Shown: positions 1-11,725, counted from the stretch's first letter. The stretch is DNA of 64,000 nucleotides from an uncultured Pelagibacteraceae bacterium (GCA_902524795.1 CABZEU010000004.1:7380-71379), one strand, 5' to 3'. Program-made: numbers and translations. Notes: generated by a model from the sequence alone, not told the origin.

Positions 1-1
1 A

Positions 2-487
2 GATAATACTGATGATCTAATTGATTCACAAAGTTTCCCAGTTATTCAAACTAATAGAGGAGGCAAGTATACCTACCACGGTCCTGGTCAGAGAATTGTA
101 TACTTGATGCTTAATTTAAATAATAGAACAAAGGATATAAAAAAGTTTGTATCTTCAATTGAAAGTATCATTATAAATACTTTAAAGACTTTCAATATTG
201 ATGGAATTAGCTTAACTAAACATCACGGCGTGTTTGTAAAAAAAATAGATAATAAATATTATAAAATTGCGAGCATAGGGCTTAAATTTAAAAAGTGGGT
301 AACCTATCACGGTTTTTCTATAAATATTAATCCTAACCTGAGTCACTATAAAGGGATAAGACCTTGTGGCCTTGATAGTGAATACGTTACCAGTTTCTAT
401 GACCTAGGATTCGATATTGATATTGAAGACTTTGATGATATCCTGGTTAAAAATATTTTTGAAACTTTTAATGAATTACACACTTAA
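2..487 (+). CDS. lipB: Lipoyl(octanoyl) transferase LipB, 5'-truncated by window edge
   Basis: Frame is open from base 2 and reads ...TNRGGKYTYHGPGQRIVY...KIASIG...TYHGFSININP...IRPCG, the LipB motifs. Confidence 0.93.
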   Translation, partial: DNTDDLIDSQSFPVIQTNRGGKYTYHGPGQRIVYLMLNLNNRTKDIKKFVSSIESIIINTLKTFNIDGISLTKHHGVFVKKIDNKYYKIASIGLKFKKWVTYHGFSININPNLSHYKGIRPCGLDSEYVTSFYDLGFDIDIEDFDDILVKNIFETFNELHT

Positions 488-1565
488 CATTAAAAAAAAC
501 AATAAAAATTCACTTTGCATTTTATTAAATGGCAAAAAATATGAAGTCAATTCTCAATGGCTTTATGAGCATAGTGACAATGCAGAAATAAGGGACCCCT
601 ATACTAAACAGTTATTAATTGAAGCAGCTGAAATAAGCCCATCATTAAAAATCATTGATGCTCAAATAGAAAAGGAAACATTGGCAATTACTTTTTCCGA
701 TAATTCTCAGCATAATTATAAAATAAACTATATATATTCACAACTTAAAAAAGCGCCCGTGAGTGAAGATAAGTACCTTTGGAATAAAAAAAATCTTAAG
801 GTTCCAAAGTATAATTTTAAGAACATAAATAATAAAATGCTATATGATATAATGTCTAGCGTTGATAAATTAGGATTTTGTTTAGTGAGGAATATACCTA
901 AAAAGAAAAACGGATTAAATGAATTAATGAAACTCATTGGTCCAGTAAAAAGGACAAATTGGGGTGGGATTGCAGATGTTAAAAATATAAATAAGGCTTA
1001 CGATCTAACTATGACAACCAGAGGTCTTGAGAATCATACAGACAACCCCTATCGATTTCCAACTCAAGGCTATATTTTTCTACATTGTATTGAAAATGCA
1101 AATAATGGTGGTGAGAATACTATAACTGATGGTTTTAATATTGCTAATATTCTCAGAAAGAGGCATAAAAAATACTTTGATACCCTTACATCATTTAATA
1201 CTTTTTTTAGATATGCTGATAAAAATGCTCATCTTGAAAATAAATGTAAACTTATTGAATTGGACGATGATAATAATATTTGTCAAATACGATATAACAA
1301 TAGAACTGAAGTTATGCCTTATGAAAATAATAAAAGATTAAATGAATATATAAAAGCGAGAAGAAAATTTTGGGACTTGATTAAAGACTCCAAAAATAAT
1401 ATCGAAATAAAGCAAATGTCAGGTGATATGTTAATTCTTGATAACTATAGAGTTTTGCATGGAAGAAAAAGTTATAAAGATCGAGAAAATAAAAGATACT
1501 TTAGGCAAGGTTATATGGACAGAGATATATTTCAAAGCAAATTAAAAACGGCAACTAGTTCTTAA
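471..1565 (+). CDS. Fe(II)/2-oxoglutarate dioxygenase, TauD/gamma-butyrobetaine-dioxygenase-like
   Basis: HxD motif (HTDNPYR), distal His in DNYRVLHGRKSY, BBOX-like N-terminal domain. ATG at 471 preferred over the ORF-track start 417, which lies deep inside lipB. Confidence 0.8.
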   Translation: MNYTLNIKKNNKNSLCILLNGKKYEVNSQWLYEHSDNAEIRDPYTKQLLIEAAEISPSLKIIDAQIEKETLAITFSDNSQHNYKINYIYSQLKKAPVSEDKYLWNKKNLKVPKYNFKNINNKMLYDIMSSVDKLGFCLVRNIPKKKNGLNELMKLIGPVKRTNWGGIADVKNINKAYDLTMTTRGLENHTDNPYRFPTQGYIFLHCIENANNGGENTITDGFNIANILRKRHKKYFDTLTSFNTFFRYADKNAHLENKCKLIELDDDNNICQIRYNNRTEVMPYENNKRLNEYIKARRKFWDLIKDSKNNIEIKQMSGDMLILDNYRVLHGRKSYKDRENKRYFRQGYMDRDIFQSKLKTATSS

Positions 1566-3549
1566 ATAAGATCAGTTCCTCTTCAGCACTAACACTGTCA
1601 CCGGCCTTAACTAGTATCTTTTCAATCACGCAATCTTTTTCACTTTTTAGAATATTTTCCATTTTCATAGCTTCTATTATTAGTAATTGATCGGCGTTTT
1701 TCACCTTCTGACCCTCAATAACATCAACTGATTTAATCAATCCAGGCATGGGTGACATTAATTTCTTAGATAAGTCTTCTTTTGCGTCTTTTGGCATTAA
1801 CTTAAGAAGGTCTTTTTGTGTACTTTGAACTACAACTGTTTTTGTCCTACAATCTAAAAAACTTACATCCGAAGTATGCATATTAATAAGATCATTTATT
1901 TTAAAATAAAATATTTCTTCATTTACTTTAAATGAACACAGTTTTTGATTTAAATTGAATGAAGATTCTACTTTAATTTTTTTCTTGTTAATCTCAATTA
2001 ACAAAGACAACGAATTATTAACAATAGCTGCCTCATTCACGAAAGTATCTAAATAGTCTTCATAAATTTTAACACTGAATTTTTTGCTTATGACATTACT
2101 TAAATTAAAAGATTGTTTTGCATAAATAAGCATTGCAATAATTCCGAATTTTAGACGCTTATCATCCGTCATTGTCAAATTTGATGAATAGCCATTCTTA
2201 AATTTTTCTTTAATGAAATTAGTACTTATTTCCCCTTTTTGAAATTTTTTGTCTTCTAAAATAGCTATTAAGAAATCGATATTATTTTCTAAGCCTGAAA
2301 GATAGTAGTTTTGAAGTGAATTGATCATTAGATTGATAGCACTTATTCTGTCTTTGCTATGAATAGCTAATTTCGAAATCATGGGGTCATAGTACAATGA
2401 AACCTCAGATCCTGGATTAATGCCTGTGTCATTTCTTATCACTTCATAATCTTTTTCAATTTTTTTAGGTTCGATATATCTAGTGACTCTTCCAATTGAG
2501 GGAAGAAAGTCCTTCGTAGGATCCTCTGCATAAATTCTGGACTCAATTGACCAACCATTTAGCTTTACATCTTCTTGTCGGATAGCTAATTTCTTATTAT
2601 CTGCGCTCAAGATCATTTGCTCAACCAAATCAATACCTGTAACTAGTTCTGTTACAGGATGTTCAACTTGTAATCTTGTATTCATCTCTAAGAAATAGAA
2701 GTTCTTTTTTGAGTCTACAACGAATTCGACAGTACCAGCTGAGTCATACTTGACCTCTTTAGCGAGTATTAGGGCCTGACTTGCCATTTCACTTCTCATA
2801 TCTTCATCAACAAATGGTGACGGACATTCCTCAATAACTTTCTGATATCTTCGTTGAATCGAACATTCTCTTTCACCTAAATGAATCTGATTTCCATGCT
2901 TATCACAAAGTATTTGAATTTCTATGTGTCTTGGTTGCTCAATATATTTCTCAATAAATACTCGATCATCTCCAAAACTTTTCTTTGACTCGCTCTTTGC
3001 AGCAATGAAGTTCTCCTCTAGTTCTCTATCTTTTCTTACAATCCTCATTCCCTTTCCACCACCTCCTGCTGAGGCTTTTAATAGAACTGGAAATCCAATT
3101 TTTTTTGAAATCTTGAGAGCTTCTGAAGCATTTTTTACTGGCGCAGTGTGGCCAGGAATTACATTGAGTTTTAATTTTATGGCAAGATTCTTCGATTCAA
3201 TTTTGTCACCCATTTTTTTTATTGCCATTTGATTTGGTCCAATGAACTTAATGTTTTCTTTTTTTAGCCTGTTAACGAACGGTGCATTCTCAGATAGGAA
3301 ACCGTAGCCTGGATGAATAGCTTCTGATTTTGATTTTTTAGCTATTGATATAATTTTATCTGCATTAAGATATGAGTCACTTGGTTGCGAACCTCCAAGA
3401 TAATAAGATTCATCTGCTTGTTTGACAAATAGGGCATCTTTATCTGCATCAGAATATACCGCGACTGTTTTTATTTTTAGTTTCTTAGCAGTTTTTATCA
3501 CTCTGCAGGCTATTTCGCCTCTATTGGCTATCAAAATTTTTCTTATCAT
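1555..3549 (-). CDS. pccA: Propionyl-CoA carboxylase alpha subunit (biotin carboxylase + BCCP)
   Basis: KILIANRGEIA, HPGYGFLSEN, EMNTRLQVEHPVTE, biotin site EAMKM; adjacent to pccB. Confidence 0.9.
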   Translation of the reverse strand: MIRKILIANRGEIACRVIKTAKKLKIKTVAVYSDADKDALFVKQADESYYLGGSQPSDSYLNADKIISIAKKSKSEAIHPGYGFLSENAPFVNRLKKENIKFIGPNQMAIKKMGDKIESKNLAIKLKLNVIPGHTAPVKNASEALKISKKIGFPVLLKASAGGGGKGMRIVRKDRELEENFIAAKSESKKSFGDDRVFIEKYIEQPRHIEIQILCDKHGNQIHLGERECSIQRRYQKVIEECPSPFVDEDMRSEMASQALILAKEVKYDSAGTVEFVVDSKKNFYFLEMNTRLQVEHPVTELVTGIDLVEQMILSADNKKLAIRQEDVKLNGWSIESRIYAEDPTKDFLPSIGRVTRYIEPKKIEKDYEVIRNDTGINPGSEVSLYYDPMISKLAIHSKDRISAINLMINSLQNYYLSGLENNIDFLIAILEDKKFQKGEISTNFIKEKFKNGYSSNLTMTDDKRLKFGIIAMLIYAKQSFNLSNVISKKFSVKIYEDYLDTFVNEAAIVNNSLSLLIEINKKKIKVESSFNLNQKLCSFKVNEEIFYFKINDLINMHTSDVSFLDCRTKTVVVQSTQKDLLKLMPKDAKEDLSKKLMSPMPGLIKSVDVIEGQKVKNADQLLIIEAMKMENILKSEKDCVIEKILVKAGDSVSAEEELILFKN

Positions 3550-3551
3550 TT

Positions 3552-5084
3552 TTACAGTGGAATATTGTCGTGTTTTTTTAATGGCAAAGAAAGTTCTTTG
3601 TCTTTTAGATTCTCTAGGGCTGTTGCTATTCTCTTTCTTGTAGAGTGTGGTCTAATTACATCGTCAATAAATCCCCTTTTTGATGCAATAAATGGATTTG
3701 CAAATTGTTCTGTATAATCTTGTGTTCTTTTTTTTATTTTTTCCTTATCCTTAATTTCATTTCTATATAAAATTTCTGTCGCTCCTTTTGCTCCCATTAC
3801 TGCAATTTCAGCACTAGGCCATGCATAATTTAGATCTCCCCTGAGATGTTTTGATGACATCACAACATAGGCTCCTCCATATGCTTTTCTTGTAATAATC
3901 GTTATCTTGGGAACGGTAGCTTCGGCATATGCAAATAATAACTTTGCGCCATTTTTTATAATTCCATTGTGTTCTTGAGATACACCTGGCAAGAAACCTG
4001 GAACATCAACAAAGGTTACAATAGGAATATTAAAGCAATCACAAAATCTAACAAATCTTCCACCTTTTTTACCTGAGTCGATATCTAGACATCCGGCTAA
4101 TACGAGCGGTTGGTTGGCAACAAATCCAACAGTTCTGCCTTCAACTGTTCCAAATCCTGTAATAATATTTTTTGCATAATCTTTTTGAATTTCAAAGAAA
4201 TAATTATTATCAACCACTTTTGTGATCAACTCCTTCATATCATATGGTTTATTTGGATTGTCAGGTACTAGAGTATCAAGAGAATAATCAGGACTTAAGT
4301 CCTGAAAATCTTTTTTATTATTATTTGATTTCTCTCTATTGCTAGACGGTAGTAAATCAATAAGGTTCTTAACCTCGTGAAGAGTTTCAATATCATTATT
4401 AAAAGCTCCATCAGCAACCGATGATTTTGATGTATGAGTTTTAGCTCCTCCAAGCTCTTCTTGACTTACATTTTCCTGTGTGACCGTTTTAACTACATCA
4501 GGTCCTGTAACGAACATAAAAGAAGTATTCTTAACCATAAAGATGAAATCTGTCATCGCGGGAGAGTAAACCGCACCACCCGCACATGGCCCCATAATAA
4601 CAGATATTTGAGGAACAACACCTGAAGCAAGAACATTTCTTTTAAAAACTTCTGCGTAGCCAGCAAGTGATGCAACGCCTTCTTGTATTCTTGCGCCACC
4701 TGAATCATTTATTCCTATAATTGGTGCGCCCACTTTCATTGCCATATCCATAACTTTACAAATTTTTTCTGCATGAGCTTCTGATAGAGAGCCTCCAAAA
4801 ACAGTAAAATCTTGACTAAATATATAAACGAGTTTCCCGTTTATTCTTCCACTACCTGTAACAACACCATCACCAGCATATTTCTGTTTTTCCATTCCAA
4901 AATCATTTGTTCGATGTTCTACATACATGTCATATTCTTCAAAAGAGTCGTCATCTATAATGATATCTATTCTCTCTCTAGCAGTTAACTTTCCTCTAGC
5001 ATGCTGAGCGTCTACGCGCTTCTTACCACCACCAAGTTTAGCTTGTTCTCTCTTTTTTTCTAATTCTTTGATTATGTCTGTCAT
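3552..5084 (-). CDS. pccB: Propionyl-CoA carboxylase beta subunit (carboxyltransferase)
   Basis: [34 protein letters not shown]-terminal KKHDNIPL. Confidence 0.92.
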   Translation of the reverse strand: MTDIIKELEKKREQAKLGGGKKRVDAQHARGKLTARERIDIIIDDDSFEEYDMYVEHRTNDFGMEKQKYAGDGVVTGSGRINGKLVYIFSQDFTVFGGSLSEAHAEKICKVMDMAMKVGAPIIGINDSGGARIQEGVASLAGYAEVFKRNVLASGVVPQISVIMGPCAGGAVYSPAMTDFIFMVKNTSFMFVTGPDVVKTVTQENVSQEELGGAKTHTSKSSVADGAFNNDIETLHEVKNLIDLLPSSNREKSNNNKKDFQDLSPDYSLDTLVPDNPNKPYDMKELITKVVDNNYFFEIQKDYAKNIITGFGTVEGRTVGFVANQPLVLAGCLDIDSGKKGGRFVRFCDCFNIPIVTFVDVPGFLPGVSQEHNGIIKNGAKLLFAYAEATVPKITIITRKAYGGAYVVMSSKHLRGDLNYAWPSAEIAVMGAKGATEILYRNEIKDKEKIKKRTQDYTEQFANPFIASKRGFIDDVIRPHSTRKRIATALENLKDKELSLPLKKHDNIPL

Positions 5085-5120
5085 GAACTCTATAATATAT
5101 CATATATCTTAATTATCAAT

Positions 5121-5990
5121 TTATAAGTATTCTTCAAAGTGAGAAGGTAATTTTGCATTGATATTTACTTTTCGGTTATCTTGATCAACAAAGTTTAATT
5201 GACCTGCATGTAAAAATAAATTCTTTTGAGTAGCATCTTTATTATATTGATAATATTTTTTATCCCCCAGTATTGGAGATTGATTTAAATAGCAATGCAG
5301 GCGAATTTGATGCTTTCTTCCTGAGGATGGTTGTAGCTTAATAAAATAAAGCTTATTTTTAAGTTCTTTTATTACTTCATACTTAGTACTCGCATCCAAA
5401 ATTTTTCCCATCTTACTCAATCTATCATTAAATATACCTTTATTCTTTTTTGGTTTATTTTTTACGATAGCAAAATATGTTTTTGTAATCTTTTTAGTTG
5501 ATAGTAGCTTATGGAAAAATCTTGCTGCATTGAGATTTAAAGCAACAATTAACAATCCAGAAGTATCCTTGTCTAATCTGTGTACTAATTTTGGCGTATC
5601 GTTTTCAGTTGCAAGAAATTTGATTAAATCATCAATCGAAATATTAATTTTTGAACCTCTTTGACAGGCTATGCCGCTCCATTTATTTATTACGACAAAA
5701 TTTTTATTTCTAAAAACAACAGATTTCTTAATTTTAGATTTTAAACTTTCTGGAACTGTAATATCTATATTCTTATCAACATTAGTTGTATATTCTTTAA
5801 ATACTATAATTTGGTCAGCCTCTAGTAGCCTGTAATTACTACTTGATTTTTTTTTGTTTACTTTAATATTTTTTTTTCTGATTTCTCTTTGTATCAATGA
5901 AAAAGGGATTGCTAGTTGTTCCTTCAAAAATTTATCTAACCTTATTCCAGCTGAGTCTCTATCAACTATGATTAATTTTTTCGAGCTCAC
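5121..5990 (-). CDS. RluA/RluC-family 23S rRNA pseudouridine synthase with S4 domain
   Basis: N-terminal S4-like RLDKFL, catalytic VHRLDKDTSG, GRKHQIR, ILGDKKY, LHA. Confidence 0.88.
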   Translation of the reverse strand: MSSKKLIIVDRDSAGIRLDKFLKEQLAIPFSLIQREIRKKNIKVNKKKSSSNYRLLEADQIIVFKEYTTNVDKNIDITVPESLKSKIKKSVVFRNKNFVVINKWSGIACQRGSKINISIDDLIKFLATENDTPKLVHRLDKDTSGLLIVALNLNAARFFHKLLSTKKITKTYFAIVKNKPKKNKGIFNDRLSKMGKILDASTKYEVIKELKNKLYFIKLQPSSGRKHQIRLHCYLNQSPILGDKKYYQYNKDATQKNLFLHAGQLNFVDQDNRKVNINAKLPSHFEEYL

Positions 5991-6031
5991 AAAATTTTAT
6001 GAATGAAAAAGAAATGAATGTAATATATAAA

Positions 6032-6394
6032 TTATTTACCTTGTTCCAAAATTTGGATAAATGCCATGGGTGCATTGTCTCCAGTTCTGTAACCAGCTTT
6101 TATAATCCTACAATATCCGCCATTTCTCTCCTTGAATCTTTCTGAGAGATCACCAAACACCTTAGTTACGGCCTCTTTATCTCTGAGAGAAGCAAATGCA
6201 TTTGTTCTTGATGATTGCTTATTTTTCTTTCCAAGTGTGATAATTTTTTCAACAAATGGCCTTAATTCTTTTGCTTTTGGTAACGTGGTTTTGATTGTTT
6301 CATGTTTTATTAGTGAAACAGCCATATTCTCTAACATAGCTAATCTATGAGTAGATGTTTTATTAAGTTTTCGTTTTGCTATGCCGTGTCTCAT
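6032..6394 (-). CDS. rplQ: 50S ribosomal protein L17
   Basis: MRHG...[15 protein letters not shown]...RNGGYCRI; position after rpoA. Confidence 0.97.
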   Translation of the reverse strand: MRHGIAKRKLNKTSTHRLAMLENMAVSLIKHETIKTTLPKAKELRPFVEKIITLGKKNKQSSRTNAFASLRDKEAVTKVFGDLSERFKERNGGYCRIIKAGYRTGDNAPMAFIQILEQGK

Positions 6395-6396
6395 GG

Positions 6397-7419
6397 TTAG
6401 TTATATGGATCCTCAATCTTTCTTGCAAGTTCCTCAATATTTTCGGGTGGCCAATTTGGTACTTCCATGCCAAGGTAAAGAGACATAGTTCCTAAAACTT
6501 CTTTAATTTCGTTAAGTGACTTTCTACCAAAATTTGGTGTTCTTAACATTTCAATTTCACTTTTTTGGACAAGATCGCCTATGTAGATTATATTATCGTT
6601 GCGAAGACAATTCATTGACCTCACAGAAAGTTCGAGTTCTTCAACCTTTCTTAATAAGTTTTTATTAAATTGGGGCTCTAAAGTATCAGGCTCCTCTTGT
6701 ATTTCTTCAGGCTCTTCAAAATTAATAAAAGACTGAAGTTGGTCCTGAATGATCCTTGCTGCAAAAGCAATAGCGTCATCAGGTGTTACTGATCCATTGG
6801 TTTCAATGGTAAGAATTAATTTGTCATAATCTAAAACTTTTCCTTCTCTTGTATTTTCAATACTGTATGACACTTGTTTTACTGGACTAAAGATTGAGTC
6901 AATAGGTATTAATCCTATGGCAGAGTCTTCAGGTTTATTATGCTCAGCAGCAACATAACCTTTTCCTTTAGCTACAGTTAATTCCATATTGAATTCTGTA
7001 TTATCATCTAGGTTACATATTACTAATTCAGGGTTTATAATATCTATCTCTGAAGGCGTATTAATCATACCCGCTGTAATTTCACCTGGACCTGTTACAT
7101 TCAAGTTCATCTTTCTGACCCCCTCTGAATGCATATTTAAAGATAAAGATTTAATATTCAAAACAATATCAGTAACGTCTTCACGAACACCATCTATAGA
7201 AGAAAATTCATGAAGGACATTGTCTATTTTAATAGCCGTAACTGCGGTGCCTTGCAACGAAGATAAAAGAACCCTTCTTAAAGCATTGCCTAAAGTTAAT
7301 CCAAAACCTCTTTCTAAAGGTTCTGCTACTAAGGTAGCTTTATACTGCGAGTTTTCATCGTTCGTTAATTTCAATTTAGATGGCTTAATTAATGTTTGCC
7401 AATTATTTATTATACTCAT
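6397..7419 (-). CDS. rpoA: RNA polymerase alpha subunit
   Basis: [45 protein letters not shown]. Confidence 0.98.
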   Translation of the reverse strand: MSIINNWQTLIKPSKLKLTNDENSQYKATLVAEPLERGFGLTLGNALRRVLLSSLQGTAVTAIKIDNVLHEFSSIDGVREDVTDIVLNIKSLSLNMHSEGVRKMNLNVTGPGEITAGMINTPSEIDIINPELVICNLDDNTEFNMELTVAKGKGYVAAEHNKPEDSAIGLIPIDSIFSPVKQVSYSIENTREGKVLDYDKLILTIETNGSVTPDDAIAFAARIIQDQLQSFINFEEPEEIQEEPDTLEPQFNKNLLRKVEELELSVRSMNCLRNDNIIYIGDLVQKSEIEMLRTPNFGRKSLNEIKEVLGTMSLYLGMEVPNWPPENIEELARKIEDPYN

Positions 7420-7440
7420 GGTTATTCCTCTTATAAAAAA

Positions 7441-7830
7441 CTAAACTCTTCTCTTCTTTGGCGGTCTGCAGCCATTATGTGGAATGGGCGTGGTATCTTT
7501 TATTGAAGTTATATAAAATCCTATAGTCTGCAGGGCACGAAGAGCGGACTCACGACCACCACCTGGACCTTTAACGAATACCTGTAAATTCTTTAACCCA
7601 AATTCTTTAGCTTTTGTCCCAGCGTCTTCCGCAGCTATTTGAGCTGCGTAAGGAGTTGATTTTCTAGATCCTTTAAAGCCTTTAACTCCTGCAGAAGACC
7701 AGGCAATGCTATTGCCTTGCTCGTCCGTAATAGTAATCATTGTATTATTAAAGGTCGCATTTATATAGGCGAGCCCAGAAATAATACTTTTTCTTTGCTT
7801 CTTTTTTTTTGTTGACTTTATTTCAGCCAT
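7441..7830 (-). CDS. rpsK: 30S ribosomal protein S11
   Basis: [28 protein letters not shown]. Confidence 0.98.
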   Translation of the reverse strand: MAEIKSTKKKKQRKSIISGLAYINATFNNTMITITDEQGNSIAWSSAGVKGFKGSRKSTPYAAQIAAEDAGTKAKEFGLKNLQVFVKGPGGGRESALRALQTIGFYITSIKDTTPIPHNGCRPPKKRRV

Positions 7831-7832
7831 AA

Positions 7833-8210
7833 TTATTTAGTAACTTTCTTCTTACCCGCAATTGCTATTGCTTTACCTTTTTTTGTTCGAGCGTTAGTGT
7901 GAGTTCTTTGACCTCTACAAGGTAAATTTCTTCTATGCCTGACACCTCTATAAGTTCCTAAATCTTTTAATCTTTTTATGTTACCTGAAACTTCTCTTCT
8001 TAAGTCACCTTCAACTAAAAATGAGGAAGATATGACATCTGATATATTTTTAATTTCTGACTCTGATAAATCTTGAACTCTTGCATTTGAATCTACGTTT
8101 GCTTTTAAACAAATATCGTTAGAAACCTTGTTGCCAATACCGTATACATATGTGAGTGCTATTTTTAGCTTCTTTTGTGTTGGAATGTTTATACCAGCGA
8201 TCCTTGCCAT
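7833..8210 (-). CDS. rpsM: 30S ribosomal protein S13
   Basis: [32 protein letters not shown]. Confidence 0.98.
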   Translation of the reverse strand: MARIAGINIPTQKKLKIALTYVYGIGNKVSNDICLKANVDSNARVQDLSESEIKNISDVISSSFLVEGDLRREVSGNIKRLKDLGTYRGVRHRRNLPCRGQRTHTNARTKKGKAIAIAGKKKVTK

Positions 8211-8249
8211 GATTAGAACCTAAAAAAAGAATTATTGAGAGAATGCGGG

Positions 8250-8277
8250 ATTATATGATTATTGATCAATTGGTCAA
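8250..8277 (-). promoter_or_regulatory. Putative sigma70 promoter of the rpsM-rpsK-rpoA-rplQ cluster
   Basis: Minus strand TTGACC-N16-TATAAT followed by GC-rich CCCGC. Confidence 0.65.
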
Positions 8278-8852
8278 GCATTTAAAGAGGCCTCTATATG
8301 AGAGCTAATACCTTGATTTATATCACTTATTGCTCCTGTTCCGAGCACTTTTCTGACAAGATTCTGAGAAGAATAGTATTCGATTAAAGGCTCTGTTTCA
8401 GAAGAATAAGTATGCAGTCTCTTAGACAATGTTTCCAAATTATCATCAGATCGACCTTCTGTTGTACTTCTATTCATAATTCTTTCCTTTAATACATTTT
8501 CGTTGACATTAAGCAAAATTACACAAAGTATTTTTTCATTAATGCTTACCATTAAATGGTCAAGTAACTCAGCCTGTTTTTTATTTCTTGGAAAGCCATC
8601 AAACAAGAAGCCCTTCTTATTATTTTTATTCTCATCTATGAATTGCTTTATCAATTCAATCGTCGTTTCATTCGATACTAATTTACCATCATTTATTGTA
8701 TTTTTTATTTGAATACCTAAATTTGTTTCTTTGCTGCTTTCTTTTCTTAATAAATCACCTGTAGAAAGATGATTAAGGAAATATTTTTCACATATCAACT
8801 TTGCTTGAGTTCCTTTGCCGGCACCTGGGGGTCCAAACAAAACTATATTCAT
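8274..8852 (-). CDS. adk: Adenylate kinase (short-LID type)
   Basis: GPPGAGKGTQ, HLSTGDLLR, DGFPR, GRSDD. Confidence 0.96.
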   Translation of the reverse strand: MNIVLFGPPGAGKGTQAKLICEKYFLNHLSTGDLLRKESSKETNLGIQIKNTINDGKLVSNETTIELIKQFIDENKNNKKGFLFDGFPRNKKQAELLDHLMVSINEKILCVILLNVNENVLKERIMNRSTTEGRSDDNLETLSKRLHTYSSETEPLIEYYSSQNLVRKVLGTGAISDINQGISSHIEASLNA

Positions 8853-10180
8853 CGCCTTGATCCTCTCAATCGCGATTTTTTGATAAGAGATTCATACTGA
8901 TAGGCAAACAAGTGACTTTGTATTTGTCCAACAGTATCCATGCCCACTACTACAACAATAAGTAAGGATGTACCTCCTAGATAAAAAGGAATTGAATATT
9001 GAGATATTAATATTTCTGGCAAAATACAAACGAAAGCTAAATACATTGCGCCTATGGTTGTGATCCTAGAAAGGACAAAATCAATATACTCAGCTGTTTT
9101 TTCTCCAGGGCGTATTCCGGGGATAAATCCACCTTGCCTTTTAAGATTATCTGCAGTTTCAGTCGGATTAAAAACAATTGAAGTATAGAAAAAAGCAAAA
9201 AAGATTATTGCAGAAGCATAAAGTAGCATATAGGCAGGTTGTCCTCTGCCTAAAAGAGCCGCAATATCATTTAAAAGTCCAGACTCAGCTGATACATTAA
9301 AATTTGCAATGGTTATTGGAAGCAATAGTATTGAAGATGCAAAAATTGCAGGAATTACTCCAGCAGTATTAAGTTTTAAGGGTAAATGAGAACTATCACC
9401 AGCAAACATTTTATTACCCATTTGTCTTTTTGGGTATTGAACTATCAACCTTCTTTGAGCTCTTTCCATAAAAACAATGAAAACTACGATTGCAATAATC
9501 ATTATTAATAAGAGTAATAGTGTGATTGTGGATATAGTTCCCTGCCTTCCCAAGGTCATAGTATTAATAAGAGCGCTTGGAATTTCAGCTACAATTCCTG
9601 AAAATATTATTAAGGAAATACCATTTCCTATACCACGACTTGTAATTTGCTCACCAAGCCACATTAAAAATACCGTTCCACCTGTTAAGGTAATCGTAGT
9701 CGATAATCTAAAGAATAGACCGGGATCTGTTACAACTTTACCCGCTGATTCAAGGCCTACTGAGATACCATATCCCTGAAGCAACGCTAATATTACTGTT
9801 CCATATCTTGTATATTGAGTAATTTTACGTCTTCCAGGCTCGCCCTCTTTTTTAAGGTTGGCTAAGTGCGGCGACACACTCGTCATCAGCTGCATTATGA
9901 TTGAAGAAGATATATATGGCATGATTCCTAACGCAAATATGGCCATACGGCTTATCGCACCACCTGCAAAAACGTCAAACATTCCAAGTATTCCACTTTG
10001 GTTTGTTTCCACAAGTAATTTCAATTGCTCTATATCAATTCCAGGCAATGGAATGTAGGTGCCGAATCTATAAATAATTAAAGCCCCTAAAGTAAACCAA
10101 ATTCTTCGTTTCAGTTCTGTAGCTTTCGAAAATACGCTAAAATTAAAGTTAGATGCTAATTTTTCAGCAGCTGATGCCAT
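8849..10180 (-). CDS. secY: Preprotein translocase SecY
   Basis: FALGIMPYISSSII, GIGNGISLIIF, FIPGIRPG; multiple TM segments. Confidence 0.98.
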   Translation of the reverse strand: MASAAEKLASNFNFSVFSKATELKRRIWFTLGALIIYRFGTYIPLPGIDIEQLKLLVETNQSGILGMFDVFAGGAISRMAIFALGIMPYISSSIIMQLMTSVSPHLANLKKEGEPGRRKITQYTRYGTVILALLQGYGISVGLESAGKVVTDPGLFFRLSTTITLTGGTVFLMWLGEQITSRGIGNGISLIIFSGIVAEIPSALINTMTLGRQGTISTITLLLLLIMIIAIVVFIVFMERAQRRLIVQYPKRQMGNKMFAGDSSHLPLKLNTAGVIPAIFASSILLLPITIANFNVSAESGLLNDIAALLGRGQPAYMLLYASAIIFFAFFYTSIVFNPTETADNLKRQGGFIPGIRPGEKTAEYIDFVLSRITTIGAMYLAFVCILPEILISQYSIPFYLGGTSLLIVVVVGMDTVGQIQSHLFAYQYESLIKKSRLRGSRR

Positions 10181-10185
10181 TATAA

Positions 10186-10650
10186 CTATTTCCCTTGATT
10201 GATCTTTAGTTCTATACCAAGCTTTTTTATCTTATCCTCAGCTGATTTTGTAACTTTCACGCACTCAATAGGATTTTTTGCACTTAGCTCACCTGTACCA
10301 AGAATTTTAAGAAATCTTTTATCTTTATTTTTTAATATTCCTAACTTTTTTAAAAGATGAATATTAATCGACTGATCTTCTTTTATAGAATTCTTATCTA
10401 TTAGTTTTTGAATTGAATCTAAATTTAATTCATAATAATTTTTCTTTGCAAAGTTTTTGAAGCCAAATTTAGGAAGTCTTCTATGAAGTGGCATTTGGCC
10501 ACCTTCAAAACCATTTATTGCTGCCCCTGACCTAGCTTTTTGTCCTTTATGTCCGCTTCCTGACGTCTTACCTTTTCCTGATCCAATACCTCTTCCTACT
10601 CTTTTCTTTGATCTATAAGAACTATGTTTTACTACTTCATTTAATTTCAT
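10186..10650 (-). CDS. rplO: 50S ribosomal protein L15
   Basis: RVGRGIGSGKGKTSG, GFEGGQMPLHRRLPK. Confidence 0.97.
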   Translation of the reverse strand: MKLNEVVKHSSYRSKKRVGRGIGSGKGKTSGSGHKGQKARSGAAINGFEGGQMPLHRRLPKFGFKNFAKKNYYELNLDSIQKLIDKNSIKEDQSINIHLLKKLGILKNKDKRFLKILGTGELSAKNPIECVKVTKSAEDKIKKLGIELKINQGK

Positions 10651-10651
10651 T

Positions 10652-10834
10652 TTATTGCTCTTCCGTTTTAATTAAATGCTCAACTTTTTTTACCATTCCG
10701 CTAATTGCAGGAGTAGAATTAAGTATCACGTGGCTATTTAATTTTCTTAAACCTAAACCTCTTACAGTTGCAATCTGATCCTTTTGAGAACCAATTGTAC
10801 TTTTTGTTAGAGTAATTTTTATTTTCTTACTCAT
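10652..10834 (-). CDS. rpmD: 50S ribosomal protein L30
   Basis: 60 aa, [10 protein letters not shown]; between rpsE and rplO. Confidence 0.95.
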   Translation of the reverse strand: MSKKIKITLTKSTIGSQKDQIATVRGLGLRKLNSHVILNSTPAISGMVKKVEHLIKTEEQ

Positions 10835-11367
10835 GATGATTCTCTCGCTGAGGTGATATTTCCAACTTTTTTACTTCTTCTTGCAGCTATTATTTTAGGT
10901 GATTTTTGATTTTTTAAGCCTTCAACAGCAGCTCTTATAATGTTGTATGGATTAGTACTTCCGACAGATTTTGCAACTATATCTTGAACTCCAAGAAGTT
11001 CAAATACTGCTCTCACAGAACCACCAGCAATTATTCCTGTACCGGATGGAGCAGATCTCATAACTACTTTGGATGAACCATGTACACCAACTATATCATG
11101 ATGCAGTGTTCTACCCTCTCTAAGGGGCACTTTAATAAGTGTCTTTTTTGCTGAGTCAGTGGCCTTCTTTATTGCTTCTGGAACCTCTTTAGCTTTTCCA
11201 TGGCCAAAGCCGACTTTTCCTGACTCATCTCCTGCAACTACTAATGCTGCGAAACCAAAGCGTCTTCCACCTTTGACAACCTTAGTTACTCTATTAATTG
11301 CAACTAGCTTATCTTTTATTTCAACACCGTTTTGATCTTTTTCTCTATTTTTATTTTCTTTATTCAT
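10831..11367 (-). CDS. rpsE: 30S ribosomal protein S5
   Basis: [29 protein letters not shown]. Confidence 0.98.
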   Translation of the reverse strand: MNKENKNREKDQNGVEIKDKLVAINRVTKVVKGGRRFGFAALVVAGDESGKVGFGHGKAKEVPEAIKKATDSAKKTLIKVPLREGRTLHHDIVGVHGSSKVVMRSAPSGTGIIAGGSVRAVFELLGVQDIVAKSVGSTNPYNIIRAAVEGLKNQKSPKIIAARRSKKVGNITSARESS

Positions 11368-11377
11368 AGTTTTTTCC

Positions 11378-11725
11378 TTAAAAACTTAAGCCGTTTGATC
11401 TTGCTTCATCTGCAATATTTTTGATAATTCCATGATAAATATTTGGTCCACGATCAAGATAAATGTTTGTAATTCCCTTCTCTTTGGCGGCCTTGGCAAT
11501 TTCTGCTCCAAGTATTTTTGCATTTTCAATATTACATGCGTTTTTCTGTTTAGCTGACTTTACTGATGATGCACTGCAAATAGTTTTGCCTTGATTATCA
11601 TCAATTATTTGCACATAGAGACATTTTGAAGATTTAAATACAGAAAGTCTTGGAAGACCTTTATTGTTCTTCTTAAGTTTGTATCTAATTCTATTGGATC
11701 TTTTTTGTTTACTTGAAATAGACAT
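11378..11725 (-). CDS. rplR: 50S ribosomal protein L18
   Basis: [19 protein letters not shown]. Confidence 0.95.
   Translation of the reverse strand: MSISSKQKRSNRIRYKLKKNNKGLPRLSVFKSSKCLYVQIIDDNQGKTICSASSVKSAKQKNACNIENAKILGAEIAKAAKEKGITNIYLDRGPNIYHGIIKNIADEARSNGLSF

Noticed and set aside
417-470. Extended ORF-track starts (dioxygenase 417; also rplE 13561, rplX 13904, fusA 21251)
   Set aside because: They overlap the upstream genes; nearby downstream ATGs give family-typical N-termini.
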